Origin: Dudresnaya verticillata
Lineage: Eukaryota
Assembly (NCBI GenBank): GCA_977862235.1
Contig: OZ374561.1
Span: 2,046,001-2,110,000, forward strand
Direction: 5' to 3'
Length of the DNA: 64,000 bases
The notes below the pieces were generated by a model that was not told where the DNA came from, did no database searches, and was given only the letters and a program-made list of their open reading frames with translations. Made by a program: the position numbers and the translations under genes. Position 1 is the stretch's first letter. The number at the start of each line of letters is the position of its first letter. Shown piece by piece: positions 24,584-35,328 of the stretch.

Positions 24584-25720
24584 ATGGCGCCGCTCCCCGC
24601 CACGGCCTTCCTCGCCGCGCCCGCGTGCGCGTCCGCGCCGCGCCGCACTACTTGTGTGTGGCTCGGCGCGCGCGTCGCGCCCGCCCACCGCCCGTCCAAC
24701 CCCGTCCGCCGCGGCTCCACCGTCACACCCGCCGTCACCCCCGCCATGGCCGCACGAAGCTCCACGGTCCGCCGCGCCCGCGTCGCAGCCCCGGTCATCG
24801 TGGCGCCGCCCGCGCGGCCGTCCCAGGCATCGTCGCTGGTGCCGTCCGTCCCGTCCGCCGTGCTGCGTCCGGCCCGCACCGCCCTGGCCTTCGCGGCCCA
24901 CATGGCGCGTCGCGCGTCGGCGCTGCGCCGCCGAAACGCCGCCGCGCTCCGCCTGGCCCGCATGGGCACCACGCTGGCGCTAGCCGCGGTCAGCTATTTT
25001 GTCACTCGCGGCGCGCTGAGCGGCGTCGCCACCGTCCCGGCGCCATCCCTCCCTGCGCTGCCACTCCGCTTCGCACTGCCAGATCGGTTGGCCACCATCA
25101 TCAAGCCGTTTACCGAGTCTTTTGGCGTCGTCTTCCTTTCCGAGTTTGGCGACAAGAGCATGTTTGCCACTGCTCTGATGGCCATGAAGCACTCGCCGCT
25201 CATTGTGTGCATCGGCGCCCTCGGTGCGCTCACCGTGATGACGTTTATCGCGTGCTTCCTGGGCCAGCTGATGCATCTTCTCCCCGCCACCATCACTCAC
25301 TACTCGTCCATCGCGCTCTTCGTCTTCTTCGGGCTGCAGATGATCATGCAGTCGCGCTCGCTCCCCGACACGCCCGGCGGGTCAGGCGGTGAGCGCGCCG
25401 ACGCCGAGGAGATGGTGGCGGACGCGGCCATGGCCAAGGCTCGGAGCCCGATGGCGGTGCTGGCCAAGGTGTCGTCGCTCATCTTTGTTGCCGAGTGGTG
25501 CGACCGGTCCATGCTGGCCACCATGGCGCTGGCCGCCAGCAGCAACACGGTTGCCGTGATTGGCGGGGCGACTGCGGCCAACGTTGTGTGCACCGGTGTG
25601 GCCGTCGGTGGAGCTGCCATTGTTTCATCGCGCATCTCGGAACGAATGGTAGCGCTGGTTGCTGGGATTTTGTTTGAGGTGTTCGCCATCTTCACCTACC
25701 TCGAAGGGCCCGAGGGCTAA
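24584..25720 (+). CDS. GDT1/UPF0016 family Mn2+/Ca2+ transporter (CMT1/PAM71-HL-like), probably plastid-targeted
   Basis: Two family motifs (EFGDKS and EWCDRS), each followed by TM helices; transit-peptide-like N-terminus. Confidence 0.9.
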   Translation: MAPLPATAFLAAPACASAPRRTTCVWLGARVAPAHRPSNPVRRGSTVTPAVTPAMAARSSTVRRARVAAPVIVAPPARPSQASSLVPSVPSAVLRPARTALAFAAHMARRASALRRRNAAALRLARMGTTLALAAVSYFVTRGALSGVATVPAPSLPALPLRFALPDRLATIIKPFTESFGVVFLSEFGDKSMFATALMAMKHSPLIVCIGALGALTVMTFIACFLGQLMHLLPATITHYSSIALFVFFGLQMIMQSRSLPDTPGGSGGERADAEEMVADAAMAKARSPMAVLAKVSSLIFVAEWCDRSMLATMALAASSNTVAVIGGATAANVVCTGVAVGGAAIVSSRISERMVALVAGILFEVFAIFTYLEGPEG

Positions 25721-26012
25721 AATGAGCACTCGACTTTTTTTTTTTTGTTGTGTTTGTCTGCGCCGCTCCGCTAACTGCGCCGTTAGTGTTGAGACCGGAT
25801 GAGCTCCCGCATTCGGGGGTAGAGGTCGCAGCAGCAAAACGGATAACACAAAACGCAATTTACACGCCTCAACAAACAGGCACACAGGTACACAAGTAGT
25901 AAAAAAAACAAAGCTCCTGTACAAACATGCCAAGCTTGCACCTTCTGCTCGCCTTGTGCACCCGCTCCCTTTCCCGCACCCGCTCCCTTTCCCGCTCCTC
26001 TCACCCTGACGC

Positions 26013-26300
26013 TCACCCAATATAGTTGGTGCGCTTGTCCCAGCCCGACCCCGAGCAGCGGCGGCACAGCCGCTTGCCCCGGCCGACGCAGGCCTTGCAC
26101 TTGCGGCGCACGCGGCCTTCCACGACGAAGCCGCCGCCGTCGCAGATGACGCAGCCCCACGACCCCATGCCGCCGCAGATGCGGCACGGCTGCGGCGCGG
26201 CGCGCGACGCAAACGCCGCCACGGCCGCGCCCACCACGACGCAGCCCGCCACCACGACGCGCGCCGTCACCGGCTCCAGCGCCAGGCGCGCCGCCAGCAT
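26013..26300 (-). CDS. Small DnaJ-type zinc-finger protein (CxxCxGxG repeats) with a TM segment; start uncertain
   Basis: CRICGGMG, CVICDGGG, CKACVGRG, CRRCSGSG. First in-frame ATG is at 26300; an upstream exon is possible. Confidence 0.8.
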   Translation of the reverse strand: MLAARLALEPVTARVVVAGCVVVGAAVAAFASRAAPQPCRICGGMGSWGCVICDGGGFVVEGRVRRKCKACVGRGKRLCRRCSGSGWDKRTNYIG

Positions 26301-26828
26301 CGCGCGAGTTGCGGGGGTGCGCGCTCGCGCTCGCGCCGCGTCGCTCGGCGGGTCGTGTCGCGCCTGCGCCGGTCGCACACGCACAGCGCGGTGCGCAAGC
26401 GGGTCGGCTATGGCGCGGGCTTCGCGAGGCTGCTGCGCGAGGCACGGCGAGCGGGAGCGGCGGCAATTGGAGGAATGTGCGGCGAGGATGTGGGGGCGCG
26501 GCAGTTGCGTTTGGATGAGAGGTTGTCTGGTGGCGGCTGGGCGACCAGTGTATTTGCGCCAAGTGGCGCTCTCGGGGCGTGGTGCATTGCTGCTCGGCTG
26601 CGAGATCTATTGGATCTATCGACGTGTGATCTTTACCACTGGACTGAGCAATGCCCGCGCAAAGATAACAGACACTCACAACTCGCCGTTACCCATTCCG
26701 ATGGCAAACCTCGGCACACCAGTGCTCCTTGTGCTACGAAAAGAACAACAACGTGTAGTGCACTTGCTCTACCATTGCCAACTTGGTCGCCACCCAATCC
26801 GTGTAGAACACAGAAAAGACGCGCCTTG

Positions 26829-28049
26829 CTACGGTTGGATGATAAGATCGCCAACTCCTTCAATCACATAAATGTAAAGCACGACAGCGCCGGCAATACT
26901 CAGCAAGCATCCCCCAACAGCCCCGACCAGAAACGACGGTTTGCGCTTGCCGTAAATCCCAACGCTCTTGGCGCAGCACAAAAACAAGAACGCAAAAACG
27001 TTGAGCAACACCCCGCCCAGCAGCCCGAAAATCACGTACACCACCGTCCTATTGTCGCCGGGCTCGTCCTTGGCGATGAACATTATCTGCCCGATCTTAT
27101 CGCCAGCGGGCTCCACTCCCGTTTGCGAAACATACGCGCTCTCCCCCGACCACTGCGCCGCGTCCGCCCCATCCTTCCCCACGCCGTCCTCCGCCCCGAG
27201 CACCGGTGAACACCCCGCGCTGCACCCCGCGATGCTCACCGCGTCCTCCGTGCGCGGGTCGGAGCCCGCGCCGAACGTATGTTGCGGTCCTGCCACGGGC
27301 TGGCCTTGCGGTTGCGGCAGAGACGGGGTAGAGGCCGTGTACACTCCGCCTTGCTCGCCGTGCGGCGAGGGCGGGTCGGAGCCCGTGCCATACGTATCTA
27401 GGCGCCCTGCCAGGGGCTGCGCTTGGTGCTGCTGCGGAGGCGTATTGTACACTCCACCTTGGCTGCCGTACGGCCGCCCACCATACCCTGCCCCGTGCCG
27501 AGGGTCCGCCGCCTGCGCGTGCGGCGTGGACGGGTCGTGCGGCATGTGCGTGACGTGATGCGGCGGCGACGAAGCCGAAGCCGCGTTGTAGGCTGCGGCC
27601 GTTGCATGGCGCGATTGAGACAGCGCTTGAGCTTGGTGCGCCTGCTGCACGGGCGGCGGCGCGGGGCGACCGTCGACCACGCGGTGCTGCGGCGGCGACG
27701 CCGTGGGTCCGTGGTACGCCGCCGCCGCCGCCGCCGCCGCGCCGGCGGGCTGCTGCGAGCCTTGATGCGCAGGGTGCTGCGGCGCGTGGTAGCGCGGCGG
27801 CGGCACCGGCGCGGCACCGGCCGCGTGCGGAGGCGTGTGCGGCGCGGCGTACGCGGGCTGCGGCGGGTAGTAGTGCTGCTGCGGCTGCTGCGGCTGCTGC
27901 GGCTGCGGCTGCGGCTGCGGCTGCGGCTGCGGTGGGTAGTAGTGTTGCGGCTGCGGCTGCGGCTGCGGCGGGTAGTAGTGCTGCTGCGGCTGCTGCGGCT
28001 GCTGCGGCTGCGGCTGCGGCTGCGGCGGGTAGTAGTGCTGCGGCTGCAT
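26829..28049 (-). CDS. Pro/Gln/His-rich protein with two C-terminal TM helices
   Basis: 406-aa ORF from ATG; four QHYYPPQ repeats; hydrophobic VVYVIFGLLGGVLLNVFAFLFLCC and FLVGAVGGCLLSIAGAVVLYIYVI. Confidence 0.75.
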   Translation of the reverse strand: MQPQHYYPPQPQPQPQQPQQPQQHYYPPQPQPQPQHYYPPQPQPQPQPQPQQPQQPQQHYYPPQPAYAAPHTPPHAAGAAPVPPPRYHAPQHPAHQGSQQPAGAAAAAAAAYHGPTASPPQHRVVDGRPAPPPVQQAHQAQALSQSRHATAAAYNAASASSPPHHVTHMPHDPSTPHAQAADPRHGAGYGGRPYGSQGGVYNTPPQQHQAQPLAGRLDTYGTGSDPPSPHGEQGGVYTASTPSLPQPQGQPVAGPQHTFGAGSDPRTEDAVSIAGCSAGCSPVLGAEDGVGKDGADAAQWSGESAYVSQTGVEPAGDKIGQIMFIAKDEPGDNRTVVYVIFGLLGGVLLNVFAFLFLCCAKSVGIYGKRKPSFLVGAVGGCLLSIAGAVVLYIYVIEGVGDLIIQP

Positions 28050-28570
28050 GGCGGGGGCGGGGCGGGGGGCGGTGGGGGTGACGGGGTTGGGGTGCGGCGG
28101 GGTGGGGGGGGGGGGGAGCTACCTTCGAAGATATAGACAGAAGCGAATAAGGCTTAGGGAGAGGAGGCCGCGCGGTTGTCTCCTCACATCAGATTGCCAA
28201 CGCGGCATGCAGATGGACTTGGAAGGTGCAACACTCTCATCACTGCGTCGGGCAACAATTCATCGCAATCCCAACGCGGCGCGCGCTTTCTCGCGCGACG
28301 TGAAGGTGACCTCAGACACCGTCCCCAATGCGCGTCGCGCAATCAGCTCTGCCGCCACCCGCGACGTCGCCATCGCGCCGACCCCGCATGTCGCAGACTC
28401 GCCAGCGCCAGCGGCGCGGTCCCCGTGACGCGCAGCTCTCGCCCGCGCCTCCCCAGCGCCGGCCTCCCTCGCGGCCAGCACAGCACCCGTCGCTCCAACC
28501 CCGTCGCACGTCGCCACCACGCCGCCGCGCGCGCCATCGCGTGGCGCCGCTCCGCTGCGGCGCGCTCGCC

Positions 28571-29526
28571 ATGTCCTCGCCGCTGCAGCCTGCGCTAGAG
28601 CGCCCCTGGCGCAGCCGTGCGTGCCCGTCGCGCTGCTCCCGCGCGTCCGCAGCGCACGCACCCGGTGCACGCGGTGGTGGCGGCGGACGCGCGCGACGCT
28701 GCGCGCACACGTGCTGTCGGCTGCGTCGGCGTGCCGCCCCTTGGCGAGATCCAGGCGTTTTGTCGCAAGTTTACTCAGGCGAGTTTGGACGAGTCCAAGA
28801 GGGACAAGGACAAGCGGCCGCCAGGCCTGCTCGACGTCTTCGTTACAGTAAAGTGGCAACGGCCTCCGTCTGACCAACCTTGTAACGAATAGAAACCGAC
28901 GAGCGCGAAATCATACGAGCAAGGTAGCCCACCTAACACCCAATCCAAAGCCACAATTGGCCAACAAGCTGAGACAGAAAACCTCAGCACCGAGAGAAGC
29001 CGCTTTCGGAGCTCTCCTTCTTGAAAAAGGTATGGTTGGAAACTCTCCGAATGCACCAACCGGGCCCAGTTTTTGTAGGACAAGCAACCAAGACGTCACA
29101 CTTCCCGGAAGCGACGTCAAATGTCCAAAGGGGGGCCATATCATTGTTTTTCTGCGAGGTGCCCACATGAACCCGGACGTGTGGAGCAACCCTACGGCTC
29201 TCAAACCTGAAAGCTCCAGTGAGGGATATCGCGTGCCTCGAGGAGCCTTTCTCGCGTTCAGCATCGGCCCGCAAAATTGCGCGGGAAAGTTGCTCGCAGA
29301 TTATGAAGCCCTGGTCTTTCTTGCGGAGCTGTATCGACACTTTGAATTCGAGCTCGCAGTCAAGCCTGAGGAAATCGCTTCCTGCAGTGGGTGGGTAGAG
29401 AGCCCCAAATCAAGGAGTCCTGGTGGGGACCTAGATCAGGGCGTCCTCAGAGGAGGCTATAAATACGCAGTCTCCAAAGGCAATAATCACATCACAGAGT
29501 TGCGGGCGACTCGTTTCAAAGAATAA
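28571..29526 (+). pseudogene. Cytochrome P450 pseudogene (deleted and frameshifted paralog of the two neighbouring P450s)
   Basis: Fragments in different frames: FCRKFTQASLDESK..RPPGLLD (~28750-28845), LKKVWLETLRMHQPGP (~29021-29068) and, after a frameshift, the heme motif FSIGPQNCAG..DYEALVFLAELYR. Far shorter than an intact P450. Confidence 0.85.
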
Positions 29527-30428
29527 TTCGTTCAGATCTTGCACAGCTCCCGAGACGAAGGACTTGAGTCGCGGGGCCTCCGTGACTGACGCCTGTTTGC
29601 GTTGCCAAGCGTTCTAATGTGATGAACAGGACCTCACGCAGCTGTTAGAGCGTGAGTTTTGAACATCAAAACCTGTGCCTGCCAACCCGGGTTAACGGCA
29701 CTCACAACCGTCAAACATTCATTTGAGGGAACGCTGCAGGACTCGCACAGTGCGCACTCTGTTTTGAAACGAGTTCAACAAAATGGTGTCGTACATGCAG
29801 TGCATTACGAAGCACAACACAGAAAACAGTGGTCATCAATGAGCACTTGTTACTTGTGGCAGTCAGTCGAGAGTAGTACAGTAGTGAGCACAGAATTAAA
29901 TGGGCGAGAGAACGCAGAAAAGGCCTTTCGTAGAAATACCCGATGGCTCGGCCGGGGCTCCCTCGCCGAGAGGCCTCGAGGCCGCAAACGAAAACTGCTT
30001 GCGGCTTGCGCCAGGGCTTGAAATTGAGCCCGTGGGAGGCCCACGTCACGCTACATGGCTCGATTCATTTTCGACGCAAGAGTTGAGAATGCGGCTCGAG
30101 AAGACCCTTTTTCAGCAGCTCCAGACCCACCTGCAATTCCTCAGCGCCACCCGCTGCGCCGGGATCTTTCGGCTACCAACCACTCCATTTTGATCGACAC
30201 ATACCTATATTTGTCTCGCCTAGAGAGCGCCTCCTATCCAAGGCTCGCAATGAATGAATAACGTCAGCATGTCGCGCTGAAGGCGTTTGGAAGTGCGCAT
30301 CAAGCATGCGCCAACCGCATTGCTAACCTGTCGGACCAAAGCAACTTTTCCACGGCTGTTCTCCCAACCATCGAACTTCACACTGTCAAGTTCACAGGCC
30401 TGGCAAGTGAACACTTCGCTGATCAGAA

Positions 30429-31940
30429 ATGTTTTGTATCGCCCTTTTGGCTTGCGCGTTTCTCGCAGCGCTGTTGATCAGTGCTCTGTGTGTGCGCACA
30501 AGGTTCCCAACCTTGCCCGGGCCTTGTTGGAGGGAATACTTGCCATGGGGAGCTGCATTTCCAATGTATGTCGACTCCAGCAACATGCTGACCGTCATTA
30601 AGAACCTATCGCAAAAATATGGGCAAGTCTTCCAAGTCTGGATTGGGCCTTTGGACACGCTCGTCACCGCAGTCCCAGCCGACGTTGCGCAGGTCTTGTC
30701 GGCTTCCCATCATTTTGAGCGTCCGCAAGCAATGCAGGCCATGTTTGAAGCCGTTGTCCCACGTAGCCTGATGGTCATGCACAGGCAGCTACATTTTGAA
30801 ACACGGAAGCGCCTGCGAGCGCAATTCAACTACTCACATCTGCAAGGTTTCCATAAGAGCATGAGCTGCGCGGTTGAAGAGCTCTGCGAAACACTCACAC
30901 TGGCAACACAAAAAACTTCACCCGGCCAACTTTCGGATGCCGTAAATGTTTCCGAGCACCTCGCCACTGCTGTGTTTCGAGTCATCACGAATACCGCCTT
31001 TGGATGTAATCTGAGTAGAGAGGAGCGATTAAGCTTCGCTAAAGGTACAGACCTCTTAGTCGACCAAATGATGCTGGATTTCGTCGGCTACCCGTTGCGG
31101 CAAGCCCTTACAAGGTTTGGAGTACGCAACAGTCTCTTTGAGAGTCGGGAGAGGGTCAATAAAATTTGCCGCAAGTTCATACATGAAAGACTGAACGAAA
31201 GCAAAGAACAGCGAGCCTCTCGCCCTCCAGACTTGTTGGACGCCATTATCTCCCTGGGTCATAACGACCTCGTGAACATAACCTCGCAAACGGTGGTCTT
31301 CGCGGTTGCAGGTGCGCATACAACGATTGAGACTTTGGCATGGAGCATATTCGAAACTTGCGGCAATGCCCGAGTTCAGACCAAGATCCAAGGCGAGCTG
31401 GACAAACTGTATGGTCACATGCCAGTTTCTACACAGCTTGTACATGAAGATGCCCAAAAACTTGTATATCTACAGCAGGTGTGGAAGGAAACTCTGCGAA
31501 AACATCCACCGGGTCCAATGTTCCTTCGGGTTGCTCTTAAGGACGTCCAGCTCCCTGGAAGTGGCGTGCATGTACCAACTGGAGCAAATGTCGTGGCCCT
31601 GGCTCATGGCTCACAGACCAACCCGGAAGCCTGGTCACAACCCGAGAGCTTCCAGCCGGAAAGATGGGACCGCGAAAACGGCGAATGGGAACGGGCACCA
31701 CCGGGGTCTTACGTTCCGTATAGCCTTGGCGCAAGAAACTGCCCTGGTCGCTTCCTTGCTGAGTACGAGGGTGTGTTGATACTGGCCGAATTGTACCGAC
31801 GATTCGAGTTCCGACTCGACTGCAAACCTGATGACATTGCATCCTGCTGCGGTTGGGTGAAGCAAGCGAGAACAGCGACTGCAAGTCAGAAGGTCGTGGC
31901 CGGGCTGCCGGTCCGAATAAGCTTACGACGGGAGTCCTAG
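30429..31940 (+). CDS. Cytochrome P450 (ER-anchored)
   Basis: N-terminal TM plus LPGP hinge, I-helix AVAGAHTT, ETLR, PERW and heme motif YSLGARNCPG. Confidence 0.96.
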   Translation: MFCIALLACAFLAALLISALCVRTRFPTLPGPCWREYLPWGAAFPMYVDSSNMLTVIKNLSQKYGQVFQVWIGPLDTLVTAVPADVAQVLSASHHFERPQAMQAMFEAVVPRSLMVMHRQLHFETRKRLRAQFNYSHLQGFHKSMSCAVEELCETLTLATQKTSPGQLSDAVNVSEHLATAVFRVITNTAFGCNLSREERLSFAKGTDLLVDQMMLDFVGYPLRQALTRFGVRNSLFESRERVNKICRKFIHERLNESKEQRASRPPDLLDAIISLGHNDLVNITSQTVVFAVAGAHTTIETLAWSIFETCGNARVQTKIQGELDKLYGHMPVSTQLVHEDAQKLVYLQQVWKETLRKHPPGPMFLRVALKDVQLPGSGVHVPTGANVVALAHGSQTNPEAWSQPESFQPERWDRENGEWERAPPGSYVPYSLGARNCPGRFLAEYEGVLILAELYRRFEFRLDCKPDDIASCCGWVKQARTATASQKVVAGLPVRISLRRES

Positions 31941-32178
31941 GACAACTAGCATCAGCCGAGAACAAGGCTTCTGTGCAGCACCGATTGAGAATCCGGCAGG
32001 CAGGCACAGAACATCCAGAACTAATTACGATACATAGCTTTTGTTTCAGTCTGCCAAACACTGGACTACCACAACGTCGCGGAAAACATACGCCGCAAGA
32101 TGTATGCCGGCACTAACACTCATCGAGAATAATCTTTGGATAGCTTGGGATCAAAGGAGCTTCTGGTCGAAGGAGCTG

Positions 32179-33012
32179 TCAGCTTGCACCGGCTCCATCA
32201 TGTTGATCTGCTGCCGGATTGAGAAAACCTGCATCGACCATGAATTTAACACTGCGCTTCTTTCCTTCTTCAAGGTCAAGGTGTATGCACTCCCACACAA
32301 AATCGCCAAGTAATTCCGTAAGAGTTGGCTCTCCAACGGACCTCGATGTGAAGATAAACTTTGCACGAGTGACAGGATCAATGAATGGACTAACAATTGT
32401 CCAGAGAAAATTGAAGGCCGACGGAGCATCAAGCACGACAATGCGCTTGGCACGCTCCGGAAAATGGCTCTGAAAGATGCGCATGGTCTCCATGGTAACA
32501 TTGAGCGGGGGGCTGTTCTTGGAGCTATAGCCGAGCATGTCCATGATAATGACCCACTGGCCGGTCTGGCGCATGAGGACATCCTGGTGAGCAAGGCCGC
32601 GGTCGGCCAAGCGAGCAGTACAATCCAAGGTAAAGAAAAACGCGCGGCGGTAGTCGTCAAAGTCGTCCTTGTCGAACCCTTCTCCCCTCTTCCGCAGGAT
32701 AAGCACGGGGCACGGCGGGTCAGCACCGTCGGACAGGGAGCCGATGAACATGCTGCGCTTCTGCAGCTCGGTGTACACGGTGCGGTATGTGGCGTCGGCA
32801 GTGCCCAGGTCTGCCGCGCGGACCTGGCGGCGGTAGCGGTAGGTCGCGAGCATGTTCTTGCACGCCTTCGACGAGCCCTTGTACGCGCGCAGGTAGCGCG
32901 CGGCCGTGGACACGCTCAGGAAGCGCACGGCGACGGCATCCGCAACCTCCTCCGCGCTCAGGTCTGCGTACGCCTTGCGCAGGATCGCCTCGGCTTGCTC
33001 GAGCTCTGACAT
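32179..33012 (-). CDS. Sec14/CRAL-TRIO lipid-binding protein
   Basis: RYLRAYK N-terminal helix, QWVIIMDMLGYS, IFQSHFPERAKRIVVLDAPSAFNFLWTIVSPFIDPVTRAKF. Start MSELEQ at 33012. Confidence 0.93.
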   Translation of the reverse strand: MSELEQAEAILRKAYADLSAEEVADAVAVRFLSVSTAARYLRAYKGSSKACKNMLATYRYRRQVRAADLGTADATYRTVYTELQKRSMFIGSLSDGADPPCPVLILRKRGEGFDKDDFDDYRRAFFFTLDCTARLADRGLAHQDVLMRQTGQWVIIMDMLGYSSKNSPPLNVTMETMRIFQSHFPERAKRIVVLDAPSAFNFLWTIVSPFIDPVTRAKFIFTSRSVGEPTLTELLGDFVWECIHLDLEEGKKRSVKFMVDAGFLNPAADQHDGAGAS

Positions 33013-33603
33013 TGCGGGTTGAATCGGGATGTGGCGGGCGCGAGCACACTGGTGCGGCAACGGGTTTCTTCGCAGCGAGGCAATGAAGGTAAAGATGAAG
33101 GGCGATGGCGCGCAGACATGCGCGGCGAAGTGTTGGTGCTCGTACCATCGACACGTAGCGGCACGTAGCGGAGCAAGGCGCGTCGTGCCGTCTCTGACAG
33201 CGCGTGGCGCGCGCGGCTGGCAGGTAGGGGTCAATCAGCCAATGGCGTGAGAGAGCTGGCTGGCAGAAGGTACTGTTCGTACATGGCCGACTGCATCCTG
33301 CGCTGCAGTTTCGCTCCGCGATCTCTCGCCTGACGCGCCAGCGCAACCTTTGCTCCGCTCCCGGCCTCCGACACCTGCCTTAGAACCAGCGACACTCGCT
33401 CCCCCTATGGACACGCCGGCACAGTCGCCTACATATGCGTGCTCTGATTCTTCAGCAGTGCTTGCATTTCACGACGTCTCAAGGTGAAGCGCTTCCGCGC
33501 TGCGCGCGCCCACCAAACCTCCATCTCCTTGCCGCAGAGCCGCAACGCCGCACGCCAAGCTAGCCACGCGCTCGTGTCGCTCCCGCCACCGTCACAGCCC
33601 ATC

Positions 33604-35085
33604 ATGGCGACTGTCGTCATCGTCTTCGCCATCCTGCTAGCGTTCTTCGGGCTGCTGTACTACCTCACGCGCTCAAAATTCTCTCATCTGCCCGGCCCGG
33701 GGTGGCGCGACTACCTGCCCGGAGGGCAGGTCTTCGCGATGCTGGCGGACAGCCGAAAGATTGGCACCTCGCTCATGGCCATGCGTGCGCAGTACGGCAG
33801 CGTCTTCCAGCTCTGGCTGGGCCCCGAGGACTGCATCGTCACCTCGGTTCCAGCCGATCTTGCCCAAGCCCTCGGCGCTGCCGACATGTTTGACCGCCCC
33901 GTTCCCATGGTCGCCATGCTGGAAGTCGTCGTTCCTGGCAGCCTGTTCACCATGCCGAAGGAAGCCCATATTGCCGCGAGAAAGCACTTAAGGGATAGCT
34001 TCAACTTTTCTTTCCTGCACGAATTTCATCCTCATATGGTTGAGGCTACTGAAGAGCTCTGTGATGCTCTCTCCGAAGCTGCAAACAGACCAAGCGACGA
34101 ATACGTCAATATCACCAGCCTCGTGTCCATCACAACCTTCCGTGTCATCACCAATGCAGCCTTTGGCTGTAATCTCAGCCGTGACGAAAGACTAGAGTTT
34201 TCCAAGGCAACCATTGATGTTATCGAAGAGATGTTGGCAGACTACGTCGGATACCCAATTCGCCAGGCCTTGACTATATTCGGTGTCAGAAACCGATTGT
34301 TCGAGAGCAAGAAGAAAGTGCATCACTTTTCTCGGAAATTCATACAGCAAAGGCTGGATGAAGCCAAGCAACAAAAAGAAGCCCGTCCGGCAGATCTTTT
34401 GGATGCCATTCTGACCCTAAAGGATCATGACCTTACTTCTTTGACATCTCAAACTGTCCTATACGCTATTGCAGGTTCACACACGACAAATGAGCTGCTC
34501 GCCTGGGCCATATTTGAAATTGCATGCAACCCCGACATAGCCGCAGAGATACAGCGGGAACTCTCTGAAATTGTTGGCAGCAAACCGCTGGAGCATGAGG
34601 ACGTGGAAAAGCTGCCTTACTTAAAATGCGTATGGCAAGAAGCGTTACGCATGCATCCGCCAGGCGTCTTCTTCAGCAGGACGGCATCCCATGACTTGAC
34701 TTTAAATGGAAGCAGAATGAAGGTGAAGAAAGGGGGTCACGTCCTTTCCTTAACTCATGGCGGTCACAAGAGTGCAGATGTCTGGAGCGAGCCAGAGAAA
34801 TTCATTCCAGAACGCTGGGGCCCTGAGATGCAGGAAGGAAAGAAGGCCCCGCCTGGAGCATATATGCCCTTTAGTATTGGAAGAAGGAATTGCGCGGGGC
34901 GGTTCTTGGCTGACTACGAAGCAATACTAATTCTTGCTGAGTTGTATAGAAAGTTTGAATTCAAGCTAGCTTGCAAACAAGAAGAGGTTGTTAGCTGCTC
35001 TGGTTGGATACAAAGTGCAAGGACCTCGATAGACGGCAGTGACCTAGGGTTTGGTGTACCTGTCCACGTCAGTACCAGGTCCTGA
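33604..35085 (+). CDS. Cytochrome P450 (paralog of 30429-31940)
   Basis: TM plus LPGP, AIAGSHTT, EALR, PERW, FSIGRRNCAG; collinear with the upstream P450 (e.g. shared FRVITNxAFGCNLSRxERL). Confidence 0.96.
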   Translation: MATVVIVFAILLAFFGLLYYLTRSKFSHLPGPGWRDYLPGGQVFAMLADSRKIGTSLMAMRAQYGSVFQLWLGPEDCIVTSVPADLAQALGAADMFDRPVPMVAMLEVVVPGSLFTMPKEAHIAARKHLRDSFNFSFLHEFHPHMVEATEELCDALSEAANRPSDEYVNITSLVSITTFRVITNAAFGCNLSRDERLEFSKATIDVIEEMLADYVGYPIRQALTIFGVRNRLFESKKKVHHFSRKFIQQRLDEAKQQKEARPADLLDAILTLKDHDLTSLTSQTVLYAIAGSHTTNELLAWAIFEIACNPDIAAEIQRELSEIVGSKPLEHEDVEKLPYLKCVWQEALRMHPPGVFFSRTASHDLTLNGSRMKVKKGGHVLSLTHGGHKSADVWSEPEKFIPERWGPEMQEGKKAPPGAYMPFSIGRRNCAGRFLADYEAILILAELYRKFEFKLACKQEEVVSCSGWIQSARTSIDGSDLGFGVPVHVSTRS

Positions 35086-35328
35086 ATTGTGAAGGCGCGT
35101 ACGATCGGCTTTGATGCTTTTGAGCTTGCCCAATATTCGGAAGTATACTTACCATCGGAATTGCACTGCCAACGTACCGTAGTCCCTGCAGCGGCGTTCG
35201 CCCCCTACTTGCATATGCAAAAATGTACACTCTGCTATCAACACCCACCTACATCTCGACTGTTCACAATACTGGGCAGTCCATGAGTCCTCTGCCTACC
35301 TGTGTATCTGCTCTGTCTAAATCGTTGC

